The notes: a model not told the origin generated them from the letters alone. A stretch of 55,654 nucleotides of DNA from Candidatus Omnitrophota bacterium (GCA_026387405.1 JAPLLV010000054.1:1-55654); one strand, 5' to 3'. Shown: positions 29,576 to 38,882, counted from the first letter of the stretch. Numbers and translations: made by a program.

Positions 29576-30451
29576 TTAAGCCTGCTGCCAGGACGCCTCT
29601 TTCAATAATAACTCCATCACCTTGCGCGGCATATGCTCGTCCCGGGCGATGTTTTCTTTTTTGGCGATCTCGGCCAACACCAGAAACACCCTTACCTGCC
29701 TCTCGGCATTAGGGAGCAGTTTCTCGGATATGCTTTTAGTCTCTTTATCGATAGATTCGCGAGGCACACCCTTTAAGGCGAGGTCCACTTTCGCCTGCCT
29801 GACCATATCTTCGAGCTGCCGGTCCACGATCGCCTTAGGCACCTTAAAATGCAAGTCTTTAAGCACCGCCTCGATGATCTCATTATCGATCTTTTGCCTT
29901 TCGGCATTTGATTTCTCTAAGAAAAGCTGCCTCTGGACCACGTTCTCCAATTCCGCGAGGCTGGGATACCCCAGGCACTTAGCAAGATCATCGTCCGCCG
30001 CGTCAAGCTTGCGGGATTCTTTTAAGGAGTCGATACTGCGTTTCACATCATCGGGGCTTACTTCGATATTCTTGAAATGCACCTTGATGCCTTTATAATC
30101 CTTGATCGGTATCTCCGGCCGCACATCCACGGTCGCCTTGAATGAAATGTTGACGCGGTCTAATTTTACCTCGGTGATCTCGGGCAGGTCAACTACGTCA
30201 AGCCCTTCCTTCTCGATCGCCTTATCATAGATATCCGGGATCAATTCTTTCAGGACCTGGTCATGGGCCTGACCGGAAAAATTCTTCTCCAGCATATCGC
30301 GGGGGACATGGCCCGGCCGGAAACCCGGGACCTTGGCGCTCTCGCCGATCTTCTTGAATACCTCTTCAAATTTATTCTTTATTGTCTCCCCGCTTAAGGA
30401 GATAGCTATCTCTTTCTTGCCGTTCTCCAGATTCTTTACTTCCGTTTTCAT
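29576..30451 (-). CDS. tig: Trigger factor, short form lacking most of the FKBP domain
   Basis: AKVPGFRPGHVP ribosome-binding motif; SurA-like C-terminus; adjacent to clpP; 291 aa. Confidence 0.9.
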   Translation of the reverse strand: MKTEVKNLENGKKEIAISLSGETIKNKFEEVFKKIGESAKVPGFRPGHVPRDMLEKNFSGQAHDQVLKELIPDIYDKAIEKEGLDVVDLPEITEVKLDRVNISFKATVDVRPEIPIKDYKGIKVHFKNIEVSPDDVKRSIDSLKESRKLDAADDDLAKCLGYPSLAELENVVQRQLFLEKSNAERQKIDNEIIEAVLKDLHFKVPKAIVDRQLEDMVRQAKVDLALKGVPRESIDKETKSISEKLLPNAERQVRVFLVLAEIAKKENIARDEHMPRKVMELLLKEASWQQA

Positions 30452-30469
30452 CTGTTCCTCTCTTAATGA

Positions 30470-30656
30470 GCAGACAACTTGCGGAGCTATGACTTAAGTT
30501 CTTTGCTACGTAAGTTGTAGCCCGCAGGGCGTCTGCGAATTAACCCCGTTACAAATTGAAGTTCCTGATTTAACGAGTTGCAATTTGTAAGGGGGTGAGT
30601 TCGGACTTATAAGTTATGTCGCCTGCATCTAAAAAAAATCGCTCCATAACTTATGT
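30470..30656. repeat. Cluster of nested hairpins including an ACCCCGTTAC...GTAAGGGGGT element
   Basis: GCAGAC/GTCTGC, ACAACTT/AAGTTGT, ACAAATTG/CAATTTGT and ATAAGTTATG/CATAACTTAT stems. Confidence 0.65.
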
Positions 30657-30662
30657 CCTCAC

Positions 30663-31385
30663 TCACATTCTGAATTTCTCCCCCAGATAGATCTGCCGGG
30701 CCTGAGGGTTTTCGATCAACTCCGCTGCGGTCCCGGAGATAAGTATCTTGCCATCGGCTATCAGGTAAGCCCTGTCGGTAATGGAAAGCGTTTCTCTGAC
30801 GTTATGGTCGGTAAGTAAAATTCCCAGCCCTTTTTCCTTTAGCTCTTTGATGATTTCCTGGGCTTCGTTCACCACGATCGGGTCGATCCCGGAGAACGGC
30901 TCATCCAACAATATAAAAGAAGGATTGGTAACCAGGGCCCGGGTTATCTCCAGACGCCTTCTTTCCCCTCCGGATAAGGTATAAGCCCTGTTCTTAGCCA
31001 GGTGCGCGATATTCAACTCCTCAAGAAGCCCCTGCAGCCTCCTTTTTCTTTCTCGCCTGGACAGAGGCAGGGTCTCAAGTATTGCCTTGATATTTTCCTC
31101 AACGGTCAATTTACGGAATATGGACGGCTCTTGAGAAAGATAACCGATGCCAAAACGGGCGCGCTGGTGGATGGAACGGTTTGTGATATCCTGGTTGTCA
31201 AAAATTATCTTTCCGCGGTTAGGGGGTATGATCCCTACCACCATGTAGAAGGTCGTGGTCTTTCCGGCGCCATTGGGCCCCAGAAGACCGACGATCTCGC
31301 CGCGCTTGACCAGCATATCTACGCCTTTTACTACCTCTTTCCCGTCGTAGGACTTGGCCAGGTTTTGGATCTCTAATAAATGCAT
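30663..31385 (-). CDS. lptB: LPS export ABC transporter ATP-binding protein
   Basis: GPNGAGKTTTF, YLSQEPSIFRKLTV, LSGGERRRLEI, LDEPFSG, TDHNVRETL. Confidence 0.97.
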   Translation of the reverse strand: MHLLEIQNLAKSYDGKEVVKGVDMLVKRGEIVGLLGPNGAGKTTTFYMVVGIIPPNRGKIIFDNQDITNRSIHQRARFGIGYLSQEPSIFRKLTVEENIKAILETLPLSRRERKRRLQGLLEELNIAHLAKNRAYTLSGGERRRLEITRALVTNPSFILLDEPFSGIDPIVVNEAQEIIKELKEKGLGILLTDHNVRETLSITDRAYLIADGKILISGTAAELIENPQARQIYLGEKFRM

Positions 31386-31403
31386 TCTGTCTTACCCCTT
31401 AAC

Positions 31404-32348
31404 TTAGTTCCCAAACGCTTGCTTGAAGTCTGCCGTTGAATAGATCACCAGTTTAGGCTTACCCTTAAGGACTATCTTCTGGTCGTCGGCAGTGTAAAGC
31501 GCCTCGTCGCTATAAGAAACGTTCTCCCCCTTGACTATTTTCACATTGCCCTTGGCAATGATCTTATCGATCTTATTTCCCGAAAGAGCGGTAGTCTGCG
31601 GCTTTGCGCTCTTGGGGGCGCTTTTATCTTTGGTATTATTAAAATATATATCCATGGTGTCGCAATAGATCACCGCGTCGCCTTTATCCGCGGTGACGTT
31701 ATTATTAAAGGTAGCCACATTATGCTGATAATCCACCTCCAGGGGGCCGTCGCAGGTAATAATAACCTGGTTCTTGGACATAAGGTCCATAGCCTGCTTG
31801 GATTCCTCCAGGGCGGATTTTATCTTTACGGTAACGTCTTTCTCCAGGGTGAACTTGTTCAGGTTCGGCTGGCCCTTGGCGCCGGTGGCAACGGTGGTCA
31901 TATTTTCTTTTTCGATATTGACCACGTCAGGCGTAGTCACCAGTTGATTCTTCCTGTCCCAGTCCAGGGTGTCCGTGGTGAGCTTGGCCCCCGAAGAAGT
32001 AGTGATCACCACGTTCTCCTGGAGGTGCACCTTGCCGTCTGCCTTATTAAAATCACCTTGATCCGCTAAAAGTATGACGTGTTCCTGCTCGCTGAAAAGA
32101 TTTCCCTTTATGTTTTTAAGCTTGATCACATCGTCAAATATATCCGCGGTCTTGCCGTTTAGATCCCAGGACTTCTTGCCTTTTTCGCCGTATCCGGAAA
32201 GAGAAAAATCGTTGATCTGCTGGTCCGCATCCTGGGAGCCCTTGGCCTCCCCGGCCTTTACCCCGGCCTTTACCTCAGGTTTTGCCTGGGCAAAATTCCA
32301 GAACATCAAGATCACTAAGACCAGCCAGAAGAAACGCCTAAACATCAT
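31404..32348 (-). CDS. lptC: LPS export periplasmic protein, LptC plus LptA/OstA-like beta-jellyroll fusion
   Basis: N-terminal anchor, tandem beta-jellyroll repeats (LTTDTLDWD, IIAKGNVKI); lies between kdsC and lptB. Confidence 0.75.
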   Translation of the reverse strand: MMFRRFFWLVLVILMFWNFAQAKPEVKAGVKAGEAKGSQDADQQINDFSLSGYGEKGKKSWDLNGKTADIFDDVIKLKNIKGNLFSEQEHVILLADQGDFNKADGKVHLQENVVITTSSGAKLTTDTLDWDRKNQLVTTPDVVNIEKENMTTVATGAKGQPNLNKFTLEKDVTVKIKSALEESKQAMDLMSKNQVIITCDGPLEVDYQHNVATFNNNVTADKGDAVIYCDTMDIYFNNTKDKSAPKSAKPQTTALSGNKIDKIIAKGNVKIVKGENVSYSDEALYTADDQKIVLKGKPKLVIYSTADFKQAFGN

Positions 32349-32865
32349 ATATTTTCAAAATCTTATCCCACTTACCCTGGGCCTTAAGGATCAACTCGGC
32401 TATCTCGCGCACCGCGCCCCTGCCCCCCTGGCGCAGGCTGATATAGGAGGCAGCCTGTTTTATTTCCGGGACGGCATTAAAAACCGCGATGGGGAACCCC
32501 ACCCTTTTCATCAAAGACAGATCCACCAGATCATCCCCTACAAAACAGAGCTCTTCCTCTTTGACATTAAAACGCTTTAAGATCTTAGGCAGCGTGTCCG
32601 ATTTGGGGAATATATCGGCGAACACCGCGCTTACCCGCATATCCCTGGCCCGCGGTTTTATGCAGCGCGAACCCTTGGCGGTGATAAGGACAACGTCGAT
32701 GCCGGCCTTTTTAAGCATATACGCGCCCAGCCCGTCATGCACGTCAAAGAATTTCATATCATGGCCGCGGGAATCATAGACGATCCTCCCGTCGGTCAAA
32801 ACGCCATCAACGTCCAAAAGCAACAATTTTACTTTTTTGGCTAATGCGACTATACGCTCATCCAT
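32338..32865 (-). CDS. kdsC: KDO 8-phosphate phosphatase (HAD)
   Basis: LLLDVDGVLTDG, FVGDDLVD, GGRGAVRE. Confidence 0.95.
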   Translation of the reverse strand: MDERIVALAKKVKLLLLDVDGVLTDGRIVYDSRGHDMKFFDVHDGLGAYMLKKAGIDVVLITAKGSRCIKPRARDMRVSAVFADIFPKSDTLPKILKRFNVKEEELCFVGDDLVDLSLMKRVGFPIAVFNAVPEIKQAASYISLRQGGRGAVREIAELILKAQGKWDKILKIYDV

Positions 32866-32866
32866 T

Positions 32867-32897
32867 TGGTCGTTGGTCGTTGGTTTTTAGTCGTTAG
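32867..32897. repeat. Heptamer tandem TGGTCGT/TAGTCGT
   Basis: Ends 1 nt from the kdsC ATG. Confidence 0.85.
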
Positions 32898-32915
32898 TAA
32901 AAGCTAAAGCTTGAT

Positions 32916-33878
32916 CTATACTACTCCAGCTTTTAGAAGATCCTGGACATCCAACAATCCTACCGGCCTGCCCAGACTATCCACCACAGGGACCTCGTCG
33001 ATCTTCTTTTCTTTTAAGATACGCATGGCCTCGGCGGCAAGCATCTGGGGCCCCACTGTTACCGGGCCTTTGGTCATTACCTCACCTACCGTGCGTTTGG
33101 TCAGATCCGGATCATGCTCAAGGTGCCGGCGCAGGTCCCCGTCAGTAAATATACCGGCCAGCTTTCCTTTTTTGTTTACTACCGACGCGCTGCCTGCGCG
33201 AGTATGGGTGATCTTGACCAGAACCTGGGATATTCTTTTATCTTCGGATACGATGGGATTATTATTCCCTTTACGCATAATATCTCCCACGGTCAATAAG
33301 AGTTTCCTCCCCAACGCGCCGCCGGGATGATAAAAGGCAAAATCCTTTTCTTTAAAACCGCGCAGCTCAAGGAGGCAGACTGCCAGGGCATCGGCCATGG
33401 CCAGGCAGGCGGTAGTGGATGCGGTAGGGGCCAGACCCAAAGGACAGGCCTCTTTCTTCACCGATATATCCAGGGCCACATCGCTGTATTGGGCCAGGAG
33501 CGAATGCTTATTTCCCGTGAGACAGACAATAGGAGCGCCGATCTTCTTCAATAAAGGCAGCAGCTGCTTCATCTCTTCTGTGCTGCCGCTATAAGAAAGG
33601 ATGATCACTATATCATCCGCGGTAACCTTACCCAGGTCGCCGTGAATAGCCTCAGCCGTATGCAGGAATAAGCTCGGGGTGCCGGTAGAGGCCAGGGTCG
33701 CGGATAATTTCTGGCCGATGATCCCGGTCTTACCCATGCCGCTTACCACCACCCTGCCTTTGGCCTTAAAGATCAGCTCTACTGCCCTGGAGAAATTTTT
33801 CCCCAGGCGCGGACGTAATGCCCGGATCGCCTCTGCCTCGATATCCAACACCTGCCTTGCGCGCTTAATTATATTCAT
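32916..33878 (-). CDS. kdsD: Arabinose 5-phosphate isomerase (KpsF/GutQ, SIS plus CBS)
   Basis: VSGMGKTG, EAIHGDLG, EACPLGLAPTAST, HPGGALG; start set at MNIIKR. Confidence 0.96.
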   Translation of the reverse strand: MNIIKRARQVLDIEAEAIRALRPRLGKNFSRAVELIFKAKGRVVVSGMGKTGIIGQKLSATLASTGTPSLFLHTAEAIHGDLGKVTADDIVIILSYSGSTEEMKQLLPLLKKIGAPIVCLTGNKHSLLAQYSDVALDISVKKEACPLGLAPTASTTACLAMADALAVCLLELRGFKEKDFAFYHPGGALGRKLLLTVGDIMRKGNNNPIVSEDKRISQVLVKITHTRAGSASVVNKKGKLAGIFTDGDLRRHLEHDPDLTKRTVGEVMTKGPVTVGPQMLAAEAMRILKEKKIDEVPVVDSLGRPVGLLDVQDLLKAGVV

Positions 33879-33890
33879 AGGATAAAAGTC

Positions 33891-33951
33891 GTCATTGCGA
33901 GCCACCCTGCCTGCGGCAGGCAGGGAAGTGGCGAAGCAATCACGTTTTTAA
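33891..33951. repeat. Half GTCATTGCGAG element with nested 19-bp palindrome; overlaps the kdsA stop
   Basis: Matches copy 1 (GTCATTGCGAGCCAC...GGCGAAGCAATCACGTTTTTAA) with CCTGCCTGCGGCAGGCAGG inserted. Confidence 0.88.
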
Positions 33952-34761
33952 TACCTGTCTGATATTCTTGACCTGGATGAGCAGCCGCTTAAGCTGCGCG
34001 AGATCGATCATATTCGGGCCGTCGCAAAGTGCCTTGTCGGGACTAGCGTGTACCTCTAAGAATAAGCCATCACAGCCAAAGGCCACTGCCGCGCGGGATA
34101 ACCCTTCGACAAACTGCCTCTCTCCTCCGGAAGAATTGCCTTTACCTCCGGGAAGCTGGATGCTGTGGGTAGCGTCATAAATAACCGGATACCCGAAATC
34201 GCGCATGATCGCCAGGGCGCGGAAATCCGAGACCAGATTATTGTAGCCAAAAGAAACCCCACGCTCGGTTAACAGAATTTTTTTGTTCCCGGTTGACTCG
34301 ATCTTTCTGATTATGGGTAAGATATCCCAGGGGGCGAGGAACTGCCCCTTTTTAATATTTACCACCTTGCCGCTTCTGGCTGCCGCAAGCACGATATCGG
34401 TCTGGCGGCACAAAAACGCGGGGATCTGAATGACATCCAGCACGTCGCCGGCAAACTCAATGTCTTTTTTGCAATGCACGTCGCTTAAGATGGGGACGCG
34501 CAATTTATCTTTGACTTTTTGTAGTATCTCCAGGCCTTCTTCTATTCCCGGCCCGCGAAAAGAATCCAGGGACATGCGGTTGGCCTTATCAAAACTGGAT
34601 TTAAAGATAAAAGGAACTTTTAGGCTGTCGGTTATGCCTTTAAGCCGCTTGGCCATCTCCAGGCAAGACTTTTCTGATTCTATGACGCAAGGCCCGGCGA
34701 TCAAAACCAGGGGCAGCCCATCTCCAATCTTCACATTACCGATCTTAATCTCTCTGACCAT
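33940..34761 (-). CDS. kdsA: KDO 8-phosphate synthase
   Basis: IAGPCVIES, KSSFDKANR, QIPAFLCRQT, NIKKGQF, ERGVSFGYNNLV, DATHS. Confidence 0.98.
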   Translation of the reverse strand: MVREIKIGNVKIGDGLPLVLIAGPCVIESEKSCLEMAKRLKGITDSLKVPFIFKSSFDKANRMSLDSFRGPGIEEGLEILQKVKDKLRVPILSDVHCKKDIEFAGDVLDVIQIPAFLCRQTDIVLAAARSGKVVNIKKGQFLAPWDILPIIRKIESTGNKKILLTERGVSFGYNNLVSDFRALAIMRDFGYPVIYDATHSIQLPGGKGNSSGGERQFVEGLSRAAVAFGCDGLFLEVHASPDKALCDGPNMIDLAQLKRLLIQVKNIRQVLKT

Positions 34762-34842
34762 ATCTCGTCTTCTATTTGGGGATTATACTTTAGACAGCTA
34801 AAGTATTTCGCTCCTGAAATTTGGGTTTTAACTCAGGGAGCT

Positions 34843-35574
34843 TCATTTCTTTAAATAGGCCTTGACTTTCTCCAGGTCTTCCGGCACATCCACTCCGATG
34901 CTGTCGAATTTTGTCTCCAGCATTTTGATGCGGTAGCCTTCTTCCAGGATACGCAGTTGTTCCAGCTTCTCGGTCTTTTCCAGGGGCGAAGGCAGGAGAT
35001 TCTTAAAGGTGAACAAGAAATCCTTGGTGTAGCCGTAAAGCCCGATATGCTTATAATACATCGGGTGTTTTATCTCGGAATTCCGCGCCAGGAACGGGAT
35101 AGGCGAACGCGAGAAATAAAGCGCGAAATTATTTTTATCCACCACTACCTTGACCACATGGGGATCGGTAAGCTCCCCGACATTTTCTATTTTTTTCATT
35201 ACCGTGGCCACCGAAACCTTGGAATTACCGATAAGCTCCTGCCCTACGGCATCTATCACCCTGGGGTTGATAAGCGGTTCATCGCCCTGGATATTGATCA
35301 CTACTTTTACGTCTAAAGGATTGATCACCTCAACCAGCCGGTCTGTCCCGCAGGCATGGCCCTTGGCAGTCATCACTACCTTGGCCCCAAACCCCCTGGC
35401 CACAGAAGCCACCCTCTCGTCATCGCAGGCAATGATCAGGTCATCCAGCACGATCGCCTGTTTGGCGCGTTCCCAGACATGCTGGATCATGGGTTTTCCG
35501 AGTATATCCGCGATAACCTTACCCTCAAACCTGGTGGAGGAATATCGCGCGGGTATTACACCGATTACATCCAT
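34843..35574 (-). CDS. kdsB: CMP-KDO synthetase
   Basis: IPARYSSTRFEGK, GTDRL, NIQGDEP, YFSRSPIP, KHIGLYGY, LEQLR. Confidence 0.98.
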   Translation of the reverse strand: MDVIGVIPARYSSTRFEGKVIADILGKPMIQHVWERAKQAIVLDDLIIACDDERVASVARGFGAKVVMTAKGHACGTDRLVEVINPLDVKVVINIQGDEPLINPRVIDAVGQELIGNSKVSVATVMKKIENVGELTDPHVVKVVVDKNNFALYFSRSPIPFLARNSEIKHPMYYKHIGLYGYTKDFLFTFKNLLPSPLEKTEKLEQLRILEEGYRIKMLETKFDSIGVDVPEDLEKVKAYLKK

Positions 35575-35631
35575 TTTTTCACCTTAGCTTTTCGCTATTC
35601 TATCTAACAATTCTTTTTCACAGCAAGTGAA

Positions 35632-35707
35632 CACTGGCCCAATTTCCCCACAAGGGGACACCGGCGCAATTCAAATAAGCGCCGGGTGCCTTTATCTGGG
35701 CCAGGTG
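35632..35707. repeat. Hairpin element flanked by a 24-bp direct repeat of the heptose-kinase 3' end
   Basis: CACTGGCCCA/TGGGCCAGGTG and CACCGGCGC/GCGCCGGGTG stems; direct repeat at 35595-35618 and 35728-35750. Confidence 0.7.
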
Positions 35708-35713
35708 CCTTGA

Positions 35714-36742
35714 TTAGCGCGGGGTGCCTATTTTATCTAACAATTCTTTTCTCGTAGTTACCGCTGTTCCTACCTTGCCCACGACAATGCCGGCGGCATA
35801 ATTAGCAATATGGGCAGCCTCTTTCTTGGAGGCGCCGCTGGCCAGGCCCAAAGTAAAAACAGAGATAACCGTATCGCCTGCGCCGGAAACATCAAATACC
35901 TCTTGCGCTACTGTGGGAATATGCGTGATATAACCGCCCTGCTCAAATAATTTCATACCGTGCTCACCCAGGGTCACTAATAACGACTCCATCCCCAGAT
36001 AATCCATGATCTCTACTGCCGCGGTATCGATATCTTTATCGGTAAAGAGGCGCTCCTTATTTAAATTAAGCCTGTGGGTGGTATCGCTTATTTTTAAATT
36101 ACGCACCGCGTTCTCCAATTCCTTGCGGTTAGGGGTCATCGAGGTGACCCCGCGGTAATACTGGAAATGCTCTTCCTTGGGGTCAACCGTCACTACCTTT
36201 TTGTGCGACTGGGCCAGGAATATCAACCCCTCAAGCATCTGTTTATTGATCACGCCCTTGCCGTAATCCTCGATGACGATAGCGTCGAAATCTTTTATCT
36301 TCTTGCTCACAAAATTATAGATCTTCTGGTTTAGCTTCCGATCTAACGGCTCGGTATGCTCCCAATCTACTCGAACCACCTGCTGATGCCCGGCAATAAC
36401 CCGAGTCTTCACCGTGGTGTGGCGCTGGTGAGAAACAAATAAACCTTTGGTTGAGATACCTCTTGCCTTTAGCTCGCGCAGCAAGATCCCCTGATTATGG
36501 TCGCGGCCGATAACTCCCACCAGAAGCACTTCCGCGTCCAGGGCACGGATATTATTCGCCACATTGGCAGCGCCGCCCGGCACATAGGTCTTTTTATTTG
36601 CCCAGACCACCGGCACCGGCGCTTCCGGAGAGATCCTTTCCACTTTTCCCCAGAGGTATTCGTCCAGGATCAGGTCGCCGATAACCATAACTCTGGCTTT
36701 GGGGAAGCGGGAAATTATTTTCTTTAAATTAGCGGTTTGCAT
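35714..36742 (-). CDS. rfaE1: D-glycero-beta-D-manno-heptose 7-phosphate kinase (HldE kinase domain)
   Basis: GDLILDEY, RISPEAPVPVV, GGAANVA, EDYGKG, TPNRKE, DVSGAGDTV. Confidence 0.95.
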   Translation of the reverse strand: MQTANLKKIISRFPKARVMVIGDLILDEYLWGKVERISPEAPVPVVWANKKTYVPGGAANVANNIRALDAEVLLVGVIGRDHNQGILLRELKARGISTKGLFVSHQRHTTVKTRVIAGHQQVVRVDWEHTEPLDRKLNQKIYNFVSKKIKDFDAIVIEDYGKGVINKQMLEGLIFLAQSHKKVVTVDPKEEHFQYYRGVTSMTPNRKELENAVRNLKISDTTHRLNLNKERLFTDKDIDTAAVEIMDYLGMESLLVTLGEHGMKLFEQGGYITHIPTVAQEVFDVSGAGDTVISVFTLGLASGASKKEAAHIANYAAGIVVGKVGTAVTTRKELLDKIGTPR

Positions 36743-36748
36743 ATTAAG

Positions 36749-37678
36749 CTATATTTTCTCAATCACTGCCTGGGCTAAAAGCGGCAGCATGATCTCATGA
36801 TGCCCGATAATATAATAACCTTTACCGCCGGACATAACCGGGCGCGATACCACATTCTGCTGCGGGCGGTAATGAAAGATCATATCAAAATTGGCGGTGA
36901 CAAAATCCTTGACCTTGCTGCCCAGGTTGCGGGATAGATTCAGCGCCTTTAGAAATACCTCCGGCAATACTACTGCCGAGCCGAAATTAAGCACCACGCC
37001 GCCGCGATTCAGTTTGGAGATATTCTCCACCAGGGTATGAAAATCCCTCAAAGAACCTTCGGCAGTGAGCGCGGCATTAAAGCTGGGGTGCTGATGGATG
37101 ATATCCGTGCCTATTGCCACAAATACGCAGACCGGAATATTATTCTTATAGGCGTTATAGAGCAGGCTAAGGTTCTTATAGGGGAGCTTTGAGGCGTCTA
37201 TCTTACTGGCAATAGCATAACCTAAACCATATCCCTGGCGCACGCCCTGTCTCACCGCTTCATTTAAAAACTCCGCGGTCTCCTGGCCCATGCCGAACCT
37301 GCCGGTCTTTAGTTCCTTAGCCACGTCCTCGGAGGTCTTGCCCTGCAAGGCGATCTCAAAATCATGGATAATACCCGCGCCGTTCAGGCATATACAGGTA
37401 ATTACCTTCTTCTTAATCAGCTCTATGACTATGGGGTTAAGGCCGCACTTGATCACATGCGCCCCGGCCATAAAGATGACGCCTTTTTTGGCCTTGCGCG
37501 CCTTAACTACTGCTTCAGCCACAGCCTTCAAATCGCTTGCCTTTAATATGTGCGGCAGGGAGTTGTAGAAAGCGGCGAAACTCCGGCCCTTGGCAGGCGG
37601 CTGGGCGAAATCCTGGCTGCGCACCTTACTAAAGCGCTTTTTCAGCGAATATGTCTTTACCTTATTAATATTGAGCAT
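36749..37678 (-). CDS. Conserved protein with deoxyhypusine-synthase-like fold, neighbour of heptose genes
   Basis: GAHVIKCG, NGAGIIHD, IGTDIIHQHP, GSAVVLPEVFLKA, GHHEIMLPLL; family assignment from memory. Confidence 0.6.
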   Translation of the reverse strand: MLNINKVKTYSLKKRFSKVRSQDFAQPPAKGRSFAAFYNSLPHILKASDLKAVAEAVVKARKAKKGVIFMAGAHVIKCGLNPIVIELIKKKVITCICLNGAGIIHDFEIALQGKTSEDVAKELKTGRFGMGQETAEFLNEAVRQGVRQGYGLGYAIASKIDASKLPYKNLSLLYNAYKNNIPVCVFVAIGTDIIHQHPSFNAALTAEGSLRDFHTLVENISKLNRGGVVLNFGSAVVLPEVFLKALNLSRNLGSKVKDFVTANFDMIFHYRPQQNVVSRPVMSGGKGYYIIGHHEIMLPLLAQAVIEKI

Positions 37679-37781
37679 GCACTTTCCTTTACCAGAACAT
37701 ATAATTTTAGCATAAATTCCGTTTTAAGCAACTATTTTTGCCTGGTTTTCCCTTCCCCTCTGCTCTTATTTGCTTCGCTAA

Positions 37782-37835
37782 AGAGACTGTCCCCGCAGCG
37801 CTATACCGTTAGTGGTGTTGGAGGGGACTGTCTCT
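37782..37835. repeat. About 55-bp GGGGACAGTCCCC-bounded element, copy 1
   Basis: Reverse complement aligns closely with 53919-53973. Confidence 0.88.
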
Positions 37836-37842
37836 GCCTTTC

Positions 37843-38017
37843 GTTTGCTTCGGGATATTGTTCGCGCACGAATTTTTTCGCCGCGCGCTACAGTTTACGG
37901 TTCGCTCCGTTCGCCAACGTCTGGGACCAACTTACGGTAGCTCACTTTGCTCACCGTAAAACTTTGCGCTTTTGCCGAAAAAATTCTAATTGTGCGCTCA
38001 CAACATCCCTCGCAAAC
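37843..38017. repeat. About 175-nt imperfect long hairpin
   Basis: Nested stems GGGATATTGT/ACAACATCCC, GAATTTTTTCG/CGAAAAAATTC, TTTACGGT/ACCGTAAA. Confidence 0.8.
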
Positions 38018-38095
38018 TCAAACACCGTTCGAAACATGCCTCGCCACCGCTAAAGCAAACCACGAAACTAAAAAATAGAAACGGTGTCTACTTTT

Positions 38096-38707
38096 CTACA
38101 TATTTTTTAAGCGTAAAAAATACAAAAGATCTGATTCATTAGATTTTCTTTTGAAACTAAAAAGATCCTCCCAATGCCCTAGACGCTCATTCATTTGTTT
38201 TAATCTTTGGTTCCTCGTTTCTCGAGGAATGTTTTGAGCAAATTGTTTGTCGTCTTCATTATACAAACCGTCATTCTTTAAGGTGTATTCGGTTTGTGTA
38301 AAGACTTCTTGTAACATCTCGCGTAAAACTTTCATGTAATCTTGCTTTGCAACGCTATCAAATATAATGTTACATCCCCAAGTTAAACAAATAGTAAATA
38401 AAACAAGAAAGAAAAAATTATAGGGTGGACTTAAGAAAATACTCTCAGACTTAGGCTGAGTATTATTCAAAAAAGAACTTAATAACTGCAAAAGAATTGA
38501 AATGACAAGCAACAACAATCCCCCCACTCCCTCATTTTTTTGGATTATCTTATTTTTAATTGCAAATGGATTGGATCCAAAATATGCTTGTGATTCATTT
38601 TTGATATCCTTGACCCCACTAAAAATGTATCCTTTTCCTAAAATCAAGGTACCGGCAATCCCAAAACATAAACTGAGCAAGATCAAATCACTTCCATTTA
38701 TCTTCAT
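38096..38707 (-). CDS. Hypothetical membrane protein (3 TM) enclosed by 15-bp inverted repeats
   Basis: SD GAGGAG before MKING; inverted repeats at 38071-38085 and 38751-38765. Confidence 0.75.
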   Translation of the reverse strand: MKINGSDLILLSLCFGIAGTLILGKGYIFSGVKDIKNESQAYFGSNPFAIKNKIIQKNEGVGGLLLLVISILLQLLSSFLNNTQPKSESIFLSPPYNFFFLVLFTICLTWGCNIIFDSVAKQDYMKVLREMLQEVFTQTEYTLKNDGLYNEDDKQFAQNIPRETRNQRLKQMNERLGHWEDLFSFKRKSNESDLLYFLRLKNM

Positions 38708-38773
38708 AATTGTCTCCTCGTGTAAATCATGATTTCTGAGGTAAAATGGGACCGTTTCTATTTTTCTGATATT

Positions 38774-38832
38774 ACAGACACTTTCCATTCTAATCGGGAA
38801 ACCGTACCCAAGCTACGCTGGAAAGTATCTGT
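38774..38832. repeat. 59-bp element M, copy 1 (ACAGACACTTTCC...GGAAAGTRTCTGT)
   Basis: Other copies at 41139-41197, 41345-41403, 43633-43674 (partial) and 44616-44674 (flipped). Confidence 0.92.
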
Positions 38833-38882
38833 TTCCCTTAACTTGTCACCTTGGGGAACGTCACCAATTCCTTTCTATTGTT

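Noticed and set aside
30452-30662. tRNA upstream of tig
   Set aside because: No TTCGA T-loop in a cloverleaf context and no acceptor stem recognisable by eye.
34762-34842. Two small hairpins between kdsB and kdsA
   Set aside because: Short, single copy and without a U-tail; too little to assign.
37550-38053. Plus-strand 167-aa ORF
   Set aside because: It reads through the 55-bp element and the long hairpin, overlaps a real gene antisense, and has no motif.
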